Source of the DNA: an uncultured Bdellovibrionales bacterium | GTDB lineage: Bacteria > Patescibacteriota > Minisyncoccia > Moranbacterales > UBA1568 | NCBI GenBank assembly: GCA_964543815.1 | Contig: CAZIZG010000001.1 | Location: 39,828 to 103,827 of the forward strand | Direction of reading: 5' to 3' | Length of the DNA: 64,000 nt | In this document: one piece after another, positions 26,765 through 37,393 of the stretch | Position numbering within the stretch: the first letter of the stretch is position 1 | Layout of the letters: the number at the start of each line of letters is the position of its first letter | Made by a program: the position numbers and the translations under genes | Notes under the pieces: model-generated | What the model was told of the DNA's origin: nothing | Database searches by the model: none | What the model saw: the letters and a program-made list of their open reading frames with translations, nothing else

Positions 26765-28063
26765 CTATTTTGACAGAAGTGCCTGGATCTCGGCGAGTGC
26801 TTTATCAAGCTGAGGGTCTCGCTTCGCCTGTCGATCATCAGCCGTGATGCCTACCTCCACATCTGGTGTTATGCCCACATTGTGAATCTGTTGCCCAGTA
26901 GGAGTAAGCCAGCGTGCGACCGTAATTTTCACGGACATATCCTTCGTCAATGGAATGAGTTGTTGCACTGATCCTTTCCCAAATGACTTCTTTCCTACCA
27001 ACCTCACATTGTCGCGATTGTCGCGGAGAGCACCGGACAGGATTTCTGAAGCACTAGCACTCCCCTCGTTGATAAGAATCACGGTTGGTAAGCCACTCAA
27101 AACGTCACCCCCATGCGATTTCAATTCCGTTCTCTTGCCGCCACCATCTTCCTCCATTACTACCACGGCATTTGATGGCAACATGAGACTCGCCATAGAA
27201 ACAGCTGTTTCCAAAAAGCCGCCCGGATTGCTCCGTAAGTCAATGATGATTCCTTTGGCTTTGGCTGAAAGCACCTGTTTGACGGCTTCTTTAAAGCCAG
27301 CCTCGGTATCATCACCAAAACGGCTGACACGAATAAGAGCAACATCGCCCTTCATTTCAAATTTTACGCTCTTGACCAAAATAACATCCCGCTTCACAGC
27401 TACCTCCCTCGTCTCCTCTTCACCAATTCGATATATCGTCAGCTTTACCTCCGTTCCCTTTGGTCCACGAATATGTTTGACGGCCTCATCCAGAGAATAA
27501 CTCGTAGAATTCACACCATCAATTTTGACAATCTTATCACCCGGTAACAATCCAGCCTTTTCCGCTGGAGTCCCATCAAGCGGAGCAATAATGGTAATAA
27601 CATCATCACGAATACCCATTTCCGCTCCAATTCCTTCAAAGGTACCCGAAATATCTTCATTAAACTCCTGGTTTTCTTTCGGACTAAAAAAGGTCGTGTA
27701 GGGATCGCCGGTAGCGGCCAACATACCATCTATGGCGCCGTAGAACAGCTCACGGGCATCAAGCTTAGTTTTGTCCACGTATTTATCCTTGAGTATACCC
27801 CAGACCTTCCAAAACAGAGAGAAATCAATCGTGTTATCTCCCGATTCTTTGTTGAGAATTATAGCGTCGTCAGGCGACAGAGCCCCTAAAGTTTCATGGG
27901 AAGAATTTTTTCCACGCTCATACCCACTCCAAAAGGTCAGCCCAAAAAGAAAAAGGATGAAAAAAAGAAAAAAAGATTTCTTGAACAACACATGTCCCCG
28001 CTCCTGCAGCGGCAGAGATGGTAACTCTTTGGATGGAGTAATTTGCGTTTCGTTCTCTGGCAT
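26765..28063 (-). CDS. S41 carboxyl-terminal processing protease (CtpA-like)
   Basis: N-terminal TM, PDZ domain, and S41 catalytic region 'LINEGSASASEIL...VGKKSFGKGSVQ'. Confidence 0.85.
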   Translation of the reverse strand: MPENETQITPSKELPSLPLQERGHVLFKKSFFLFFILFLFGLTFWSGYERGKNSSHETLGALSPDDAIILNKESGDNTIDFSLFWKVWGILKDKYVDKTKLDARELFYGAIDGMLAATGDPYTTFFSPKENQEFNEDISGTFEGIGAEMGIRDDVITIIAPLDGTPAEKAGLLPGDKIVKIDGVNSTSYSLDEAVKHIRGPKGTEVKLTIYRIGEEETREVAVKRDVILVKSVKFEMKGDVALIRVSRFGDDTEAGFKEAVKQVLSAKAKGIIIDLRSNPGGFLETAVSMASLMLPSNAVVVMEEDGGGKRTELKSHGGDVLSGLPTVILINEGSASASEILSGALRDNRDNVRLVGKKSFGKGSVQQLIPLTKDMSVKITVARWLTPTGQQIHNVGITPDVEVGITADDRQAKRDPQLDKALAEIQALLSK

Positions 28064-28075
28064 AATGTTTCGTGG

Positions 28076-28900
28076 TTACTTAACTCTTGGCAGTGGCCTA
28101 TGGTAGTACTTCCAAAAATATTTAAAGGCGCTCTCTATATGATACCAAGTCAAACGATTAAAGAGGAGTGAGCCCAGGAACCCACCGCGAGCGCTCCCCT
28201 TCCCGTGATAGTGATAAACAAAAGTCTTGGGATAATGCACGACCCGAAATCCCTTCTCCCAAAAACGACGACACCAATCCACGTCCTCCATATACAGAAA
28301 AAAACGCTCATCCATGGGACCAACTTGAAGGGCTTTTTCACGAGAAACCAGCATCGCCGAACCGATTATCCAATCCACGGCTTTCGGTTCACTTAAATCC
28401 TCATCAGCAAGGGTAAACCAACGCAAGTGACGCCGGCCAAAACTCAAATTCCCCAGCCAGGTACGACGATAGAGTATGGTCTCTGGCCGATAAAAATGGA
28501 AACAGCTCTGCTGAAGACTTCCATTGAAATTATACTGCTTCGGTCCGAGCATTCCAATATCGGGATGATCCTTAAGATATGAAAGCATCTCCGATACCGC
28601 CCCTGGACTCAGCACGATATCACTATTGATAAGAAAGACATACTCTCCTCGTGCCTGCTCAAGCGACACATTGACTAATGTTTTAAAGCCAACGTTTTCA
28701 CGATAAGGAAAAAATCTTACCTGGGGATACTCCTCACGCATGAGCATTTCCGTTGCTTCCTCAGTTGCACTGTCCGCAACAATAACCTCAAAATCAATCC
28801 CCGAATGCCCCATCTCTTTGTAGATGGATTGGAGACAAAGACGGAGTATCTCCGGACTTCTGTATCCGTTAACAGCAATGGTGAGTTCCTTTTGTTCCAT
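28076..28900 (-). CDS. glycosyltransferase family 2
   Basis: GT-A signatures 'IAVNGYRSPE', 'VADSATEE' and 'INSDIVL' (DxD-like). Start set at internal 'MEQKEL' to avoid a 56-bp overlap. Confidence 0.7.
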   Translation of the reverse strand: MEQKELTIAVNGYRSPEILRLCLQSIYKEMGHSGIDFEVIVADSATEEATEMLMREEYPQVRFFPYRENVGFKTLVNVSLEQARGEYVFLINSDIVLSPGAVSEMLSYLKDHPDIGMLGPKQYNFNGSLQQSCFHFYRPETILYRRTWLGNLSFGRRHLRWFTLADEDLSEPKAVDWIIGSAMLVSREKALQVGPMDERFFLYMEDVDWCRRFWEKGFRVVHYPKTFVYHYHGKGSARGGFLGSLLFNRLTWYHIESAFKYFWKYYHRPLPRVK

Positions 28901-28940
28901 GCGTTTGGACCAAGCAGCCAGGCTCTCGCGCTGGACAGAA

Positions 28941-30164
28941 TTAGTAGTTGAGCGAGTTCTTGAAGAGATCGTGAATACGATCGTAGGTATCACCAATCGG
29001 GAGCAAGATATACCCTGTTTCTTTCGTTTGGGGCGGATTATAGAGAAGGCCCTCTTCGGAATTTTCCAACACCTTTTGATTGATACTTCCTGGGTCTCCT
29101 ACCTTTTGATACAAATCAAGCAAATGTTTCATCTCCCAAGCTTCAAGGTTGGTACTCACGTTGTTACCGAGACTATCAAGCATGGCACTGACTTTAGAAA
29201 AATCAGTAAGCGTCCCCAGAGAAAGCGCTTTCGCCTTAATCAATTTGATAACTTCCTGCTGACGGCGAGCGCGTTCGAAATCACTCGAGGTGTAGCGGGC
29301 TCGAGCATAACACAGCGCCTTATCACCGTCGAGCTGATTGTCGCCTGCTGGTAGTTTAAAGTCACCACCGCACTCAAGCTCTGAGATGGCTTGCGTAGTC
29401 ATTTTTTCAAAACACAACGGGTAACGCTTCGGGTTGGCATAGTATGTACCATTTTTTCGCTGAATCCTCTTCTCTTCATAGCTTCCACTAAAAACCGTAA
29501 AACGTACGCCATCGCACCGCTTTTCCAGACCACGAAACTGCATCCCCTCTTCAAATGGCTGATCCAAATGCACATTGATACCACCGATAGCATTGACCAA
29601 ATCCTTAAAGCCCTGAAAATTAATGGTCACGGCATAAGGAATATCAAGCCCTGTCACTTCACCCACAATGGTTCGCATATCCTCCATGCCGCCACCGCCA
29701 TGAGCACGTTCTTCGCCCAGAGCAAATACCGCATTTATCTTGCGGTGCTCATCGCGACCAGGCACTTTGACGTACAAATCTCGTGGAACAGAAATGAGGG
29801 ACGCTTTACTCGTGTCAGTATCACCATTCTTGGGATGAATGGAAAGTACCATAATCGTATCAGCTAATAACCCACCTCCCTCGACGCCTTCACCACGCAT
29901 ACCCAAAAGCAGGATATTTACTCGTCCTTCCTTTTCGCCCTTCAGAAGCTGTTCTGACCCAGGGAGAGTTTTAACAATACTTTTGAAGATATTGGCATTA
30001 CCACCGGAAACTTTATCAAGAGTCATACCAGTTTTCCAGGCAAAAAGACCTCCGCCAATAAGCAACAAGGCAACAAAAAACAAAGCGATACGAATGACCC
30101 GCTTTTTCGTTGATGATTTTCCAATTCCGAGAGTGGTCTCTCCGGCTACTTTTGGTATATTCAT
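28941..30164 (-). CDS. LCP-family (LytR-CpsA-Psr) glycopolymer ligase
   Basis: N-terminal TM and LCP core 'VNILLLGMRGEGVEGGGLLADTIMVLSI...LISVPRDLYV'. Confidence 0.8.
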   Translation of the reverse strand: MNIPKVAGETTLGIGKSSTKKRVIRIALFFVALLLIGGGLFAWKTGMTLDKVSGGNANIFKSIVKTLPGSEQLLKGEKEGRVNILLLGMRGEGVEGGGLLADTIMVLSIHPKNGDTDTSKASLISVPRDLYVKVPGRDEHRKINAVFALGEERAHGGGGMEDMRTIVGEVTGLDIPYAVTINFQGFKDLVNAIGGINVHLDQPFEEGMQFRGLEKRCDGVRFTVFSGSYEEKRIQRKNGTYYANPKRYPLCFEKMTTQAISELECGGDFKLPAGDNQLDGDKALCYARARYTSSDFERARRQQEVIKLIKAKALSLGTLTDFSKVSAMLDSLGNNVSTNLEAWEMKHLLDLYQKVGDPGSINQKVLENSEEGLLYNPPQTKETGYILLPIGDTYDRIHDLFKNSLNY

Positions 30165-30186
30165 AAAAAATCCCTTACTTCCCTAA

Positions 30187-31332
30187 TTATTTTACCGAAT
30201 CATAAACCGATAAAAGTTTAACGGCGCTTTTTTTCCAAGAAAACAACGAGACCCGGCTTCTCCCCAGAGAGACGCCGTTTTCTCTTTGTTTCATATCAGT
30301 AAGAAGAGTATACAATTTTTCCTCACACGAGGCAAGGCTTGAGATGTCAAAATACGTCACTGCTTCACCACCAATTTCTCGTAAGCAAGGAATATCAGAA
30401 GCGACAACAGGAACCTCCTGACTCATGGCTTCAAGCAGCGGAATACCGAATCCCTCATACAGAGAAGGAAAAACGAAAAGTGAGGCAGCATGGACAAGAC
30501 CCGGGAGATCTCCTTGATCAACATACCCAGGAAAATGCACCCACTCTTGCAATTGATACTCTTCCAGTATCTGTTCAATGGCTTGATCATAGTGATGGCC
30601 AAAACGCTTCCCGACAAGCACAAGATGTATATCCGGAATCCGTTTCCGCAACAGAGCAAAGGCCTGCAGCAAAAATGGGATATTCTTGCGAGGCTGGAGC
30701 GTGCCCACATACGCGATATAACGCTCAGGTAAAAGATACTTTTCCTTCAATTGAGCAGTCATCCCCTCTTGGTGAAGAGCCAGGAAATCTTCGCTTAGTG
30801 CGTTTGTCACCACAGAAATTTTATCAACCGGAACATGGTAACGCTCGTGCAATTCTTGTTTGGTAAATTGCGAGGGCGCAATCAGCCGATTGGCTCGCTG
30901 CACAGAACGCGGGATAAGCAAAGAAAGAAATAACCGGTCACGCCAACCCACAAGTTCTGGGTATGCCGCAAAAGAGACATCGTGGATGTGATCCACTACC
31001 TTGGTTCGGTTTGGCACAAAAAGTGGCAATATATATTGGGTATGAAACACATCAATGTGGTGCGTAAACAGATACCATGGAAGTGTTACAAAATTCCAGA
31101 CAAAACGATTCTTTCCTCGCAGTGACACTATACGCACATTTGATTGCCCAATACACCCCAGTCGAGCCTGAAGGAATTTAATAGCCTGGGGCTCTCGCTC
31201 ATCAGTGAGAAGCAGATAGGTATGTTCTTTATCTATCCCCAACAGTTCTTTGGTAAGATTGAAAAACACCGTTTCATCACCGGTTCGTTGTTTTCCTAAA
31301 AGCCTGATATCAATAGCTCGTACTGTATTCAT
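30187..31332 (-). CDS. glycosyltransferase family 1 (GT4)
   Basis: C-terminal 'FPSLYEGFGIPLLEAMSQEVPVVASD' (EX7E-type). Confidence 0.8.
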   Translation of the reverse strand: MNTVRAIDIRLLGKQRTGDETVFFNLTKELLGIDKEHTYLLLTDEREPQAIKFLQARLGCIGQSNVRIVSLRGKNRFVWNFVTLPWYLFTHHIDVFHTQYILPLFVPNRTKVVDHIHDVSFAAYPELVGWRDRLFLSLLIPRSVQRANRLIAPSQFTKQELHERYHVPVDKISVVTNALSEDFLALHQEGMTAQLKEKYLLPERYIAYVGTLQPRKNIPFLLQAFALLRKRIPDIHLVLVGKRFGHHYDQAIEQILEEYQLQEWVHFPGYVDQGDLPGLVHAASLFVFPSLYEGFGIPLLEAMSQEVPVVASDIPCLREIGGEAVTYFDISSLASCEEKLYTLLTDMKQRENGVSLGRSRVSLFSWKKSAVKLLSVYDSVK

Positions 31333-31346
31333 AACCCCTCTGTTTC

Positions 31347-32957
31347 TTACTTTTGAGACTCAAAATACAAATCTACTAACAATACCCCAAGCGAAAAGAG
31401 CATGAAATAAAATCCGAGTAATATTCCGGAATTAAAAAGATTAAAGACAGCGACACCCGCAAACTCCGCTAGAATAAATATCCCATACATCCAAATTGAT
31501 CGCTCAAGCGTCTCTCGGTAAAGACGGATGGCTGCATACACAATAAGAAACCACCAAGCAAGAAATGAAGCAATCCCGAGCAATCCACTACCGAGCCATA
31601 CCTCCAAGAAGACATTGCTCGCATTGAGACCAGCTCCCCGCTCATCCGCACCAAGAAATTTGGTAATACTTCCCCAGCCAATACCGAGCACGGGGTGTTG
31701 CTTTATCACTGACCAGGCTTGCCCATAAATATCCTTCCGAATAACAATATTAGGATCATCCCGGTAAACCTCCCGGATAACGTGACCGACCCGTTCTTCA
31801 TCTTCTCTTTCTTCGAGGGCAATATGACGACAGCCACTTTCTGTCAATTCATTCATGCTTTCAATCTTTCGAGGCAATACCGTATCAGCACTCATGCAAG
31901 CGATGGTAATTTTCTGCCAACCGCTCCCGGTACTCTGTATACGATTCCAAAATTGAAATGGACTCAAATCAAAAAAAGCAATTGTCCCCCATGCCACAAA
32001 AAACGAAGTGCTCACAATGAAGAAGAAAAGGGCGGCTTTTTTCCAAATAACGTGTATTTTTCGTATACCATGCGAAAGCAAAACAGCAAGAAAAATTACC
32101 TCACCGAGAGCGGTCGCGCCAAGCCAGGCACTTCGAGCCACAGTAAGGAGAAGCACCATAAACACCAAGCTGAGATAAAGACCCGAGGCAAAATACCACA
32201 GGTATACCCCTTGCTTTTTCCTCAGGCGTTGCGAAAAAATATCAAGCGCATTAATAAGCAGTACCATTCCTACTCCCAAAGCCACGATGCCATATAAGCC
32301 AAGCCAATCAGCTTCGCTGAAAGTAGCATTGGGTCTACCAATCATGACTTGAAAACTTTCTCCACCAAGCCGATACTGTATATTTTGCCAGAGAGCATAC
32401 CCAAATACGACCAAGCTCGAAGCCACAAAAAATGGTGCTGCCTGTTTCACGTCATGCAGCGTTCGAAAAAAAATACGTCCCAAGAAGTACACCACAACGA
32501 ATGATCCTACCACGAGGGCCTGTTTGAGGGCCTCAACGAGTACTGGAGCATGAATGAGCCCAATAAAAGACCCAACGCCTATAAGCACAGGCAGTACATC
32601 ATAGAGACGAGGCTGAAACAGCCGAAATGGCAAACGACCGAGAAGATAACGAAATACCAGTGCTAGGGAGAGTATCACCACTATCATCTGATAGGGACGA
32701 AGCATTATGCCGCCCAAAAAAGACGGGGCGACATTAATCGTTTCGAGCGGTAAGAGTCCAACACCCAATAGAAATGACCATCCGGGACGATAAAGCGAAA
32801 AAAGAAAGTAGACGAAACACAAGAAAAGAAAGGTGGCACCATCCAAAGGCAACACCCCCTGCTTATCGAGTATTATCAGGACAACCAAAGTAGACACTGT
32901 ACCCAAAAGCAGCATCCATCGTTGCCAGCGCCATTTGAAAAAATCAAAAATTTTCAT
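31347..32957 (-). CDS. O-antigen ligase/Wzy-like polymerase-family membrane protein
   Basis: More than 10 TMs, with a Wzy_C-like loop 'TVARSAWLGATALGEV'. The ATG overlaps the upstream GT4 stop as ATGA. Confidence 0.55.
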   Translation of the reverse strand: MKIFDFFKWRWQRWMLLLGTVSTLVVLIILDKQGVLPLDGATFLFLCFVYFLFSLYRPGWSFLLGVGLLPLETINVAPSFLGGIMLRPYQMIVVILSLALVFRYLLGRLPFRLFQPRLYDVLPVLIGVGSFIGLIHAPVLVEALKQALVVGSFVVVYFLGRIFFRTLHDVKQAAPFFVASSLVVFGYALWQNIQYRLGGESFQVMIGRPNATFSEADWLGLYGIVALGVGMVLLINALDIFSQRLRKKQGVYLWYFASGLYLSLVFMVLLLTVARSAWLGATALGEVIFLAVLLSHGIRKIHVIWKKAALFFFIVSTSFFVAWGTIAFFDLSPFQFWNRIQSTGSGWQKITIACMSADTVLPRKIESMNELTESGCRHIALEEREDEERVGHVIREVYRDDPNIVIRKDIYGQAWSVIKQHPVLGIGWGSITKFLGADERGAGLNASNVFLEVWLGSGLLGIASFLAWWFLIVYAAIRLYRETLERSIWMYGIFILAEFAGVAVFNLFNSGILLGFYFMLFSLGVLLVDLYFESQK

Positions 32958-34108
32958 ACATGAATTACCTGACGAATAACGCTTTCTGTAAAACTTGTCC
33001 AACTGAAATGACCCGCTTCATGTTCAGCTGATTGGCGAAGCGTGAGACGAAGCGACTCATCTTGAATCAATCGCTTCAGTCCAGAGCGCAGAGAACCAGG
33101 GAGATCTGGATCGATGTACAAAGCAGCAGGCCCAGCCACTTCCGGTAATGACGAGACATCAGAGGTAAGTACTGGTGTTTTTACTGCTAACGCCTCAAGC
33201 ACTGGCAATCCAAACCCTTCATATCGTGATGGATAAGCAAAAAATAGTGCCTTTTTATACAAGACAGGTAAATCAGCCTCCGGCACAAAGCCAAGAAGAC
33301 GCACGCTGTCAGTAATTCCCAAATCCCGCACCAAGGACCGTACTGGCGTAGCCAAGGAATTTGATTCTGAGAATATTTTTCCCGATACCACTAATTTCGG
33401 TATCTGGCTATTATCGCCCTTATATTCTGCGAGTAAGGCAGCATACTCCCGAAGTAATTCCGCTGTATTCTTACGAATCTCTAGACCGCCCCCATGATAG
33501 ATATAGCCCGGGGTAAGGTGATATTTTTCCAAAACTCGACGCTCCTCATCGATTGATACCTCGCGACGAAAAATAGGAGCGACATCGGGATACGCAACGG
33601 TAATAACTTCACGATTCACGCCAAATTCAATAAGATCGTTCGACGTAGATTGGGAAACTGCCACTACGGCGTGAGCCCGATGAATAGCCCGTTCTGTAGC
33701 ACGCCAAAAAAATCGCTGACGCCCATTACCCAGGTACTCTGGAAAAAGTCGTGGGATCAAATCATGCACTATCATCGTATGTCTGATGGACGAGGTGCGA
33801 AATATCGTAGTTGACTGATACAAACTCAAAAAAACATCACAACCGTCCCGCTTAGCCTCAGTAGCAACACGTTGCTCCCAAAGCCACTTTCGGAACAAGT
33901 CGTCTCGTTTCCAAAAGCGAGGCAGGAACGCTCTTTGGTGTATGGAATTTGAGGTCGGCACAAGAGACGATTCTTCCTCCAGGTAGAGAAAGAATTCGTG
34001 ATTCTCTGTATATGAGAGCGTGGCCAACGTTTCAAGGAAATGAAGCGTTACCTGACCGATACCCGTGCCAGGTTTGCGCAAAAATGAAGCATTAATACCA
34101 ATACGCAT
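32954..34108 (-). CDS. glycosyltransferase family 1 (GT4)
   Basis: 'FFAYPSRYEGFGLPVLEALAVKTPVLTSD'. Confidence 0.8.
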   Translation of the reverse strand: MRIGINASFLRKPGTGIGQVTLHFLETLATLSYTENHEFFLYLEEESSLVPTSNSIHQRAFLPRFWKRDDLFRKWLWEQRVATEAKRDGCDVFLSLYQSTTIFRTSSIRHTMIVHDLIPRLFPEYLGNGRQRFFWRATERAIHRAHAVVAVSQSTSNDLIEFGVNREVITVAYPDVAPIFRREVSIDEERRVLEKYHLTPGYIYHGGGLEIRKNTAELLREYAALLAEYKGDNSQIPKLVVSGKIFSESNSLATPVRSLVRDLGITDSVRLLGFVPEADLPVLYKKALFFAYPSRYEGFGLPVLEALAVKTPVLTSDVSSLPEVAGPAALYIDPDLPGSLRSGLKRLIQDESLRLTLRQSAEHEAGHFSWTSFTESVIRQVIHV

Positions 34109-34165
34109 ATGACTTCATTGTAGCAGAGATTGTTTCAAAGAAAAAAACCTTCCCCATCCTACTTT

Positions 34166-34762
34166 CTAGTCCTTGTGAGACACTATTGACTGCAATTCCT
34201 GCACCAAACGATCCATTTCATCCACTAACGGATGACTGACTCTCGAACGAATAATGCGATTCGCTTCACCGTAGAACCAAACAAGGTTTTCGGCGTTCCG
34301 TCTAAATTTTCCCCATACCTCTCCACCATGAGTTGCGTATTCATCAAGAGCGTTCCTCATGTTATGAACCTTGTCGGCCGTCGCCACCAACAACGCTTCC
34401 TCACTGTCATTTTTGAGATTTTCAAGATAGCGTTCTTTCCGAGCACGCCAACTCGCTCCGCGAATGCTATGGTCTTCCTTTTCGGCTTGAGTAAAGTCCT
34501 CCGTCACTTCCTTAACAATAGAATAGACTCGCTCACCAAATTCTTGCTTCAACATATCGTCGGTATAACTCGGGACATCCTCAAGGGTGTCATGAAGCAG
34601 GCCGGCAATAATAACATCCTCGTCATCACTATAGTGAGCCAAGAGAAAGGCTACCGAAAATGGATGAACAATATAGGGCACTCCACTCACCTTGCGTTTT
34701 TGTGGTTGATGGAGTACTGTGGCTCGAACAATAGCCCGTTCTATTCTAGGTGTGAGAAACAT
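34166..34762 (-). CDS. HD-domain protein, RelA/SpoT-type (p)ppGpp hydrolase-like
   Basis: 'LHQPQKRKVSGVPYIVHPFSVA...AGLLHDTLEDV...LVATADKVHNMR' matches the SpoT hydrolase HD fold. No synthetase domain. Start set at internal 'MFLTPR' (plus or minus 1 nt). Confidence 0.6.
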   Translation of the reverse strand: MFLTPRIERAIVRATVLHQPQKRKVSGVPYIVHPFSVAFLLAHYSDDEDVIIAGLLHDTLEDVPSYTDDMLKQEFGERVYSIVKEVTEDFTQAEKEDHSIRGASWRARKERYLENLKNDSEEALLVATADKVHNMRNALDEYATHGGEVWGKFRRNAENLVWFYGEANRIIRSRVSHPLVDEMDRLVQELQSIVSHKD

Positions 34763-34873
34763 ACATTCAAAGAGTGAAAATTGACAATTCGAGAATAAAT
34801 CAGCCCAAGTTTTTTCCTTGTCAGCAAGAGCAATATTTCGTACAATAGAGCATATTACCCCTAAATTCAAGCT

Positions 34874-36157
34874 ATGACGAGAACGGAACAGACAGTGGCC
34901 GTGATTGGTTTGGGATATGTCGGCCTCCCACTCGCCGTCCGAGCAAGTGAACGAGGATACCATGTTGTCGGGTATGATACCAACGAAGAAAAAATTGCTC
35001 TGCTCAAAAAACAGCGCAGCCCTATCGAAGATGCTTTTTTGGAAGAAAATATCGCTCGGTTCCCCTTTGATGCCAGTAGCGATGCTAAGAAACTAAAAAA
35101 GGCTGACATTTTTCTGATTTGCGTTCCAACACCGGTTGATGAATCATTTTATCCCGATCTCGCACCGGTTATCTCTGCCTCCGAATTAATAGCTAGGCAC
35201 GCTAAAAAAGGCGCCCTGGTTGTCCTTGAGTCAACCGTCAATCCGGGTGTCAGTGAAGAGGTTGTCCGACCAATTTTTGAAGCCGCTGGCTATACTGTCG
35301 GAAAGGATATTTTTCTCGCACACTGCCCAGAGCGTATCAATCCCGGTGATACGAGATGGAATGTGACCAATATTCCACGTGTCGTTGGGTCCTTTGATAA
35401 AACTGGACTCGATCGCGCTCATGCATTTTATACCTCAATTGTGGATGGCGAAATTCGAAAAATGAAATCGATCAGAGAGGCAGAGGCTGTTAAAATCGTT
35501 GAAAACTCCTTCCGTGATATCAATATTGCTTTCGTTAATGAACTCGCTCGCTCATTCGATGTTTTAAACATCGACGTTAAGGATGTTATCGAGGGTGCCG
35601 CCACCAAACCATTTGCTTTCATGGCTCATTTCCCTTCCTGTGGTGTAGGTGGTCACTGTATACCAGTTGATCCGTACTATCTCATCGAACGCGCTAAACA
35701 GTCGGGATTTGACCATAAATTCTTGAAGATTGCTCGTGAGATTAACAATAGTATGCCTGCCTATACCGTCGAGCTCCTTCAGGATGCTTTGAATCAAGTC
35801 AAGCTACCCGTCAATGGGACACGTGTAGGAGTTTTGGGTCTCTCGTACAAAGCCGACATTGACGATGTGCGTGAATCACCTGCTTTCAAAGTCATCAAGC
35901 ACCTGGAAAAACATCACGCCATTGTCTCCACTTTTGACCCTCATGTAAAAAAGCGTTCCAGCGTCGCCTCGCTTGAGGCACTCCTCAAGAAATCCGAGGC
36001 GCTGGTTCTCGTAACCAATCATCGTGAATTCAAGGAAATGATTACCCCTGCCCTACTGAAGAAACACGGCATCAAAGTTATTATTGATGGTAAGAACTGT
36101 CTCGATAAGGCCTCTTTTGTTAAAAGTGGCATCATCTATAAAGGCATTGGCCGATAA
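34874..36157 (+). CDS. nucleotide-sugar dehydrogenase (UDP-ManNAc/UDP-GlcNAc dehydrogenase-like)
   Basis: 'VAVIGLGYVGLPLAV' Rossmann fold and catalytic Cys in 'GGHCIPVDPYYL' (WecC/Cap5O-type). Confidence 0.8.
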   Translation: MTRTEQTVAVIGLGYVGLPLAVRASERGYHVVGYDTNEEKIALLKKQRSPIEDAFLEENIARFPFDASSDAKKLKKADIFLICVPTPVDESFYPDLAPVISASELIARHAKKGALVVLESTVNPGVSEEVVRPIFEAAGYTVGKDIFLAHCPERINPGDTRWNVTNIPRVVGSFDKTGLDRAHAFYTSIVDGEIRKMKSIREAEAVKIVENSFRDINIAFVNELARSFDVLNIDVKDVIEGAATKPFAFMAHFPSCGVGGHCIPVDPYYLIERAKQSGFDHKFLKIAREINNSMPAYTVELLQDALNQVKLPVNGTRVGVLGLSYKADIDDVRESPAFKVIKHLEKHHAIVSTFDPHVKKRSSVASLEALLKKSEALVLVTNHREFKEMITPALLKKHGIKVIIDGKNCLDKASFVKSGIIYKGIGR

Positions 36158-36162
36158 AATCT

Positions 36163-36405
36163 ATGTTTAGTCTCCTGAAGCTTATTGTCTGGATGGCCGG
36201 TGTCATTGCTTTGGCCTATTTCGTCTTGCCCTATTTTGGCTACGAAATAAACACCAACTACTGGAATGAACGAAAGGTAGCCTGCCAGGAAAAACTTCAG
36301 CAGTGTCAGAAAGACCTCATCAAAAGTGGTATCGACGGAGCGAAAGAGAAATGCAATATTCAGTGTGTTGATCCAAAGCTCCTCATCAAAAAAAGTACCA
36401 AATAA
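36163..36405 (+). CDS. small membrane-anchored Cys-containing protein
   Basis: 80 aa, N-terminal TM, four Cys. Confidence 0.4.
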   Translation: MFSLLKLIVWMAGVIALAYFVLPYFGYEINTNYWNERKVACQEKLQQCQKDLIKSGIDGAKEKCNIQCVDPKLLIKKSTK

Positions 36406-36421
36406 TTTTTGAAGCGACACT

Positions 36422-37375
36422 ATGCGTCTCATTATCAACATTCCAGCTTACAACGAAGAATCGGTTATCGGTGCTACAATCACCGCTATGCCACGACACT
36501 ATCGCGGCATTGATGAGGTACTCGTTCAAGTGGTTGATGACGGATCAAGCGACAAAACAGCCACCGTCGCCAAGGAGGCCGGGGCCGATTTCGTTCTATG
36601 CCACGGTATCAATCGTCGGCTCGGCGTTATGTTTGCTACCGCTACCGAGAATGCCTTAAAAGAAGGTGCGGATATCATGGTTAACATTGATGCCGATGGT
36701 CAATTTGATTCGGCTGAAATTCAAAAACTCATTGATCCCATTCTTGAAAATAAAGCCGATATGGTCGTTGGAGACCGTTTCTCTCAGTCAAGCGCCAAAA
36801 ATATCCCTTGGATAAAAGATTTTTTTAACCGACTAGGCGCTTCTCTCGTCGGTTCATTCCTCAATGTGAAAACCCATGATCTCACCTGCGGCTTTCGAGC
36901 TCATAATCGGGAAACTCTCCTTCGACTCAATAATCCAACAGGCTTCACCTATACCCAAGAAACCATCATTGATGCCATCGGGAAAAATCTCCGCATTCTT
37001 TGGGTTCCAGTCCAAGTCACCTATTTCGCTGACCGTAAATCTAAAATCGTCAAAAGTGTCTACAGTTTCGTCAACAACAGCGCCCGCATTATTCTCAAGG
37101 CGGTGCGCGATGTCCGTCCGATGAAATTCTTTGGCTTCCCAGGACTCCTCCTCATTGCCATTGCCATCATAGGATTTATTGCTTTCCTCGCGCAGTACTT
37201 CGGCAGTGGTTTCAAAGTAACACCGTATCTTAACTATCTCCTCTCCTCAAGCATCCTCTTTATTATCGGCATCCAACTCCTCATCTTTGCCTTTATCGCA
37301 GACATGATCAAATCCAACCGCAAACTCACTGAGGATATGATGTATCAGGCTCGCAATGAACGCTACCAAAAATAA
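36422..37375 (+). CDS. GT2 polyprenyl-phosphate glycosyltransferase (DPM-synthase/GtrB-like)
   Basis: 'IINIPAYNEE', 'VVDDGSSD' and 'NIDADGQ' (DxD), plus two C-terminal TMs. Confidence 0.8.
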   Translation: MRLIINIPAYNEESVIGATITAMPRHYRGIDEVLVQVVDDGSSDKTATVAKEAGADFVLCHGINRRLGVMFATATENALKEGADIMVNIDADGQFDSAEIQKLIDPILENKADMVVGDRFSQSSAKNIPWIKDFFNRLGASLVGSFLNVKTHDLTCGFRAHNRETLLRLNNPTGFTYTQETIIDAIGKNLRILWVPVQVTYFADRKSKIVKSVYSFVNNSARIILKAVRDVRPMKFFGFPGLLLIAIAIIGFIAFLAQYFGSGFKVTPYLNYLLSSSILFIIGIQLLIFAFIADMIKSNRKLTEDMMYQARNERYQK

Positions 37376-37393
37376 TCCCTACTCGGAATTTTC

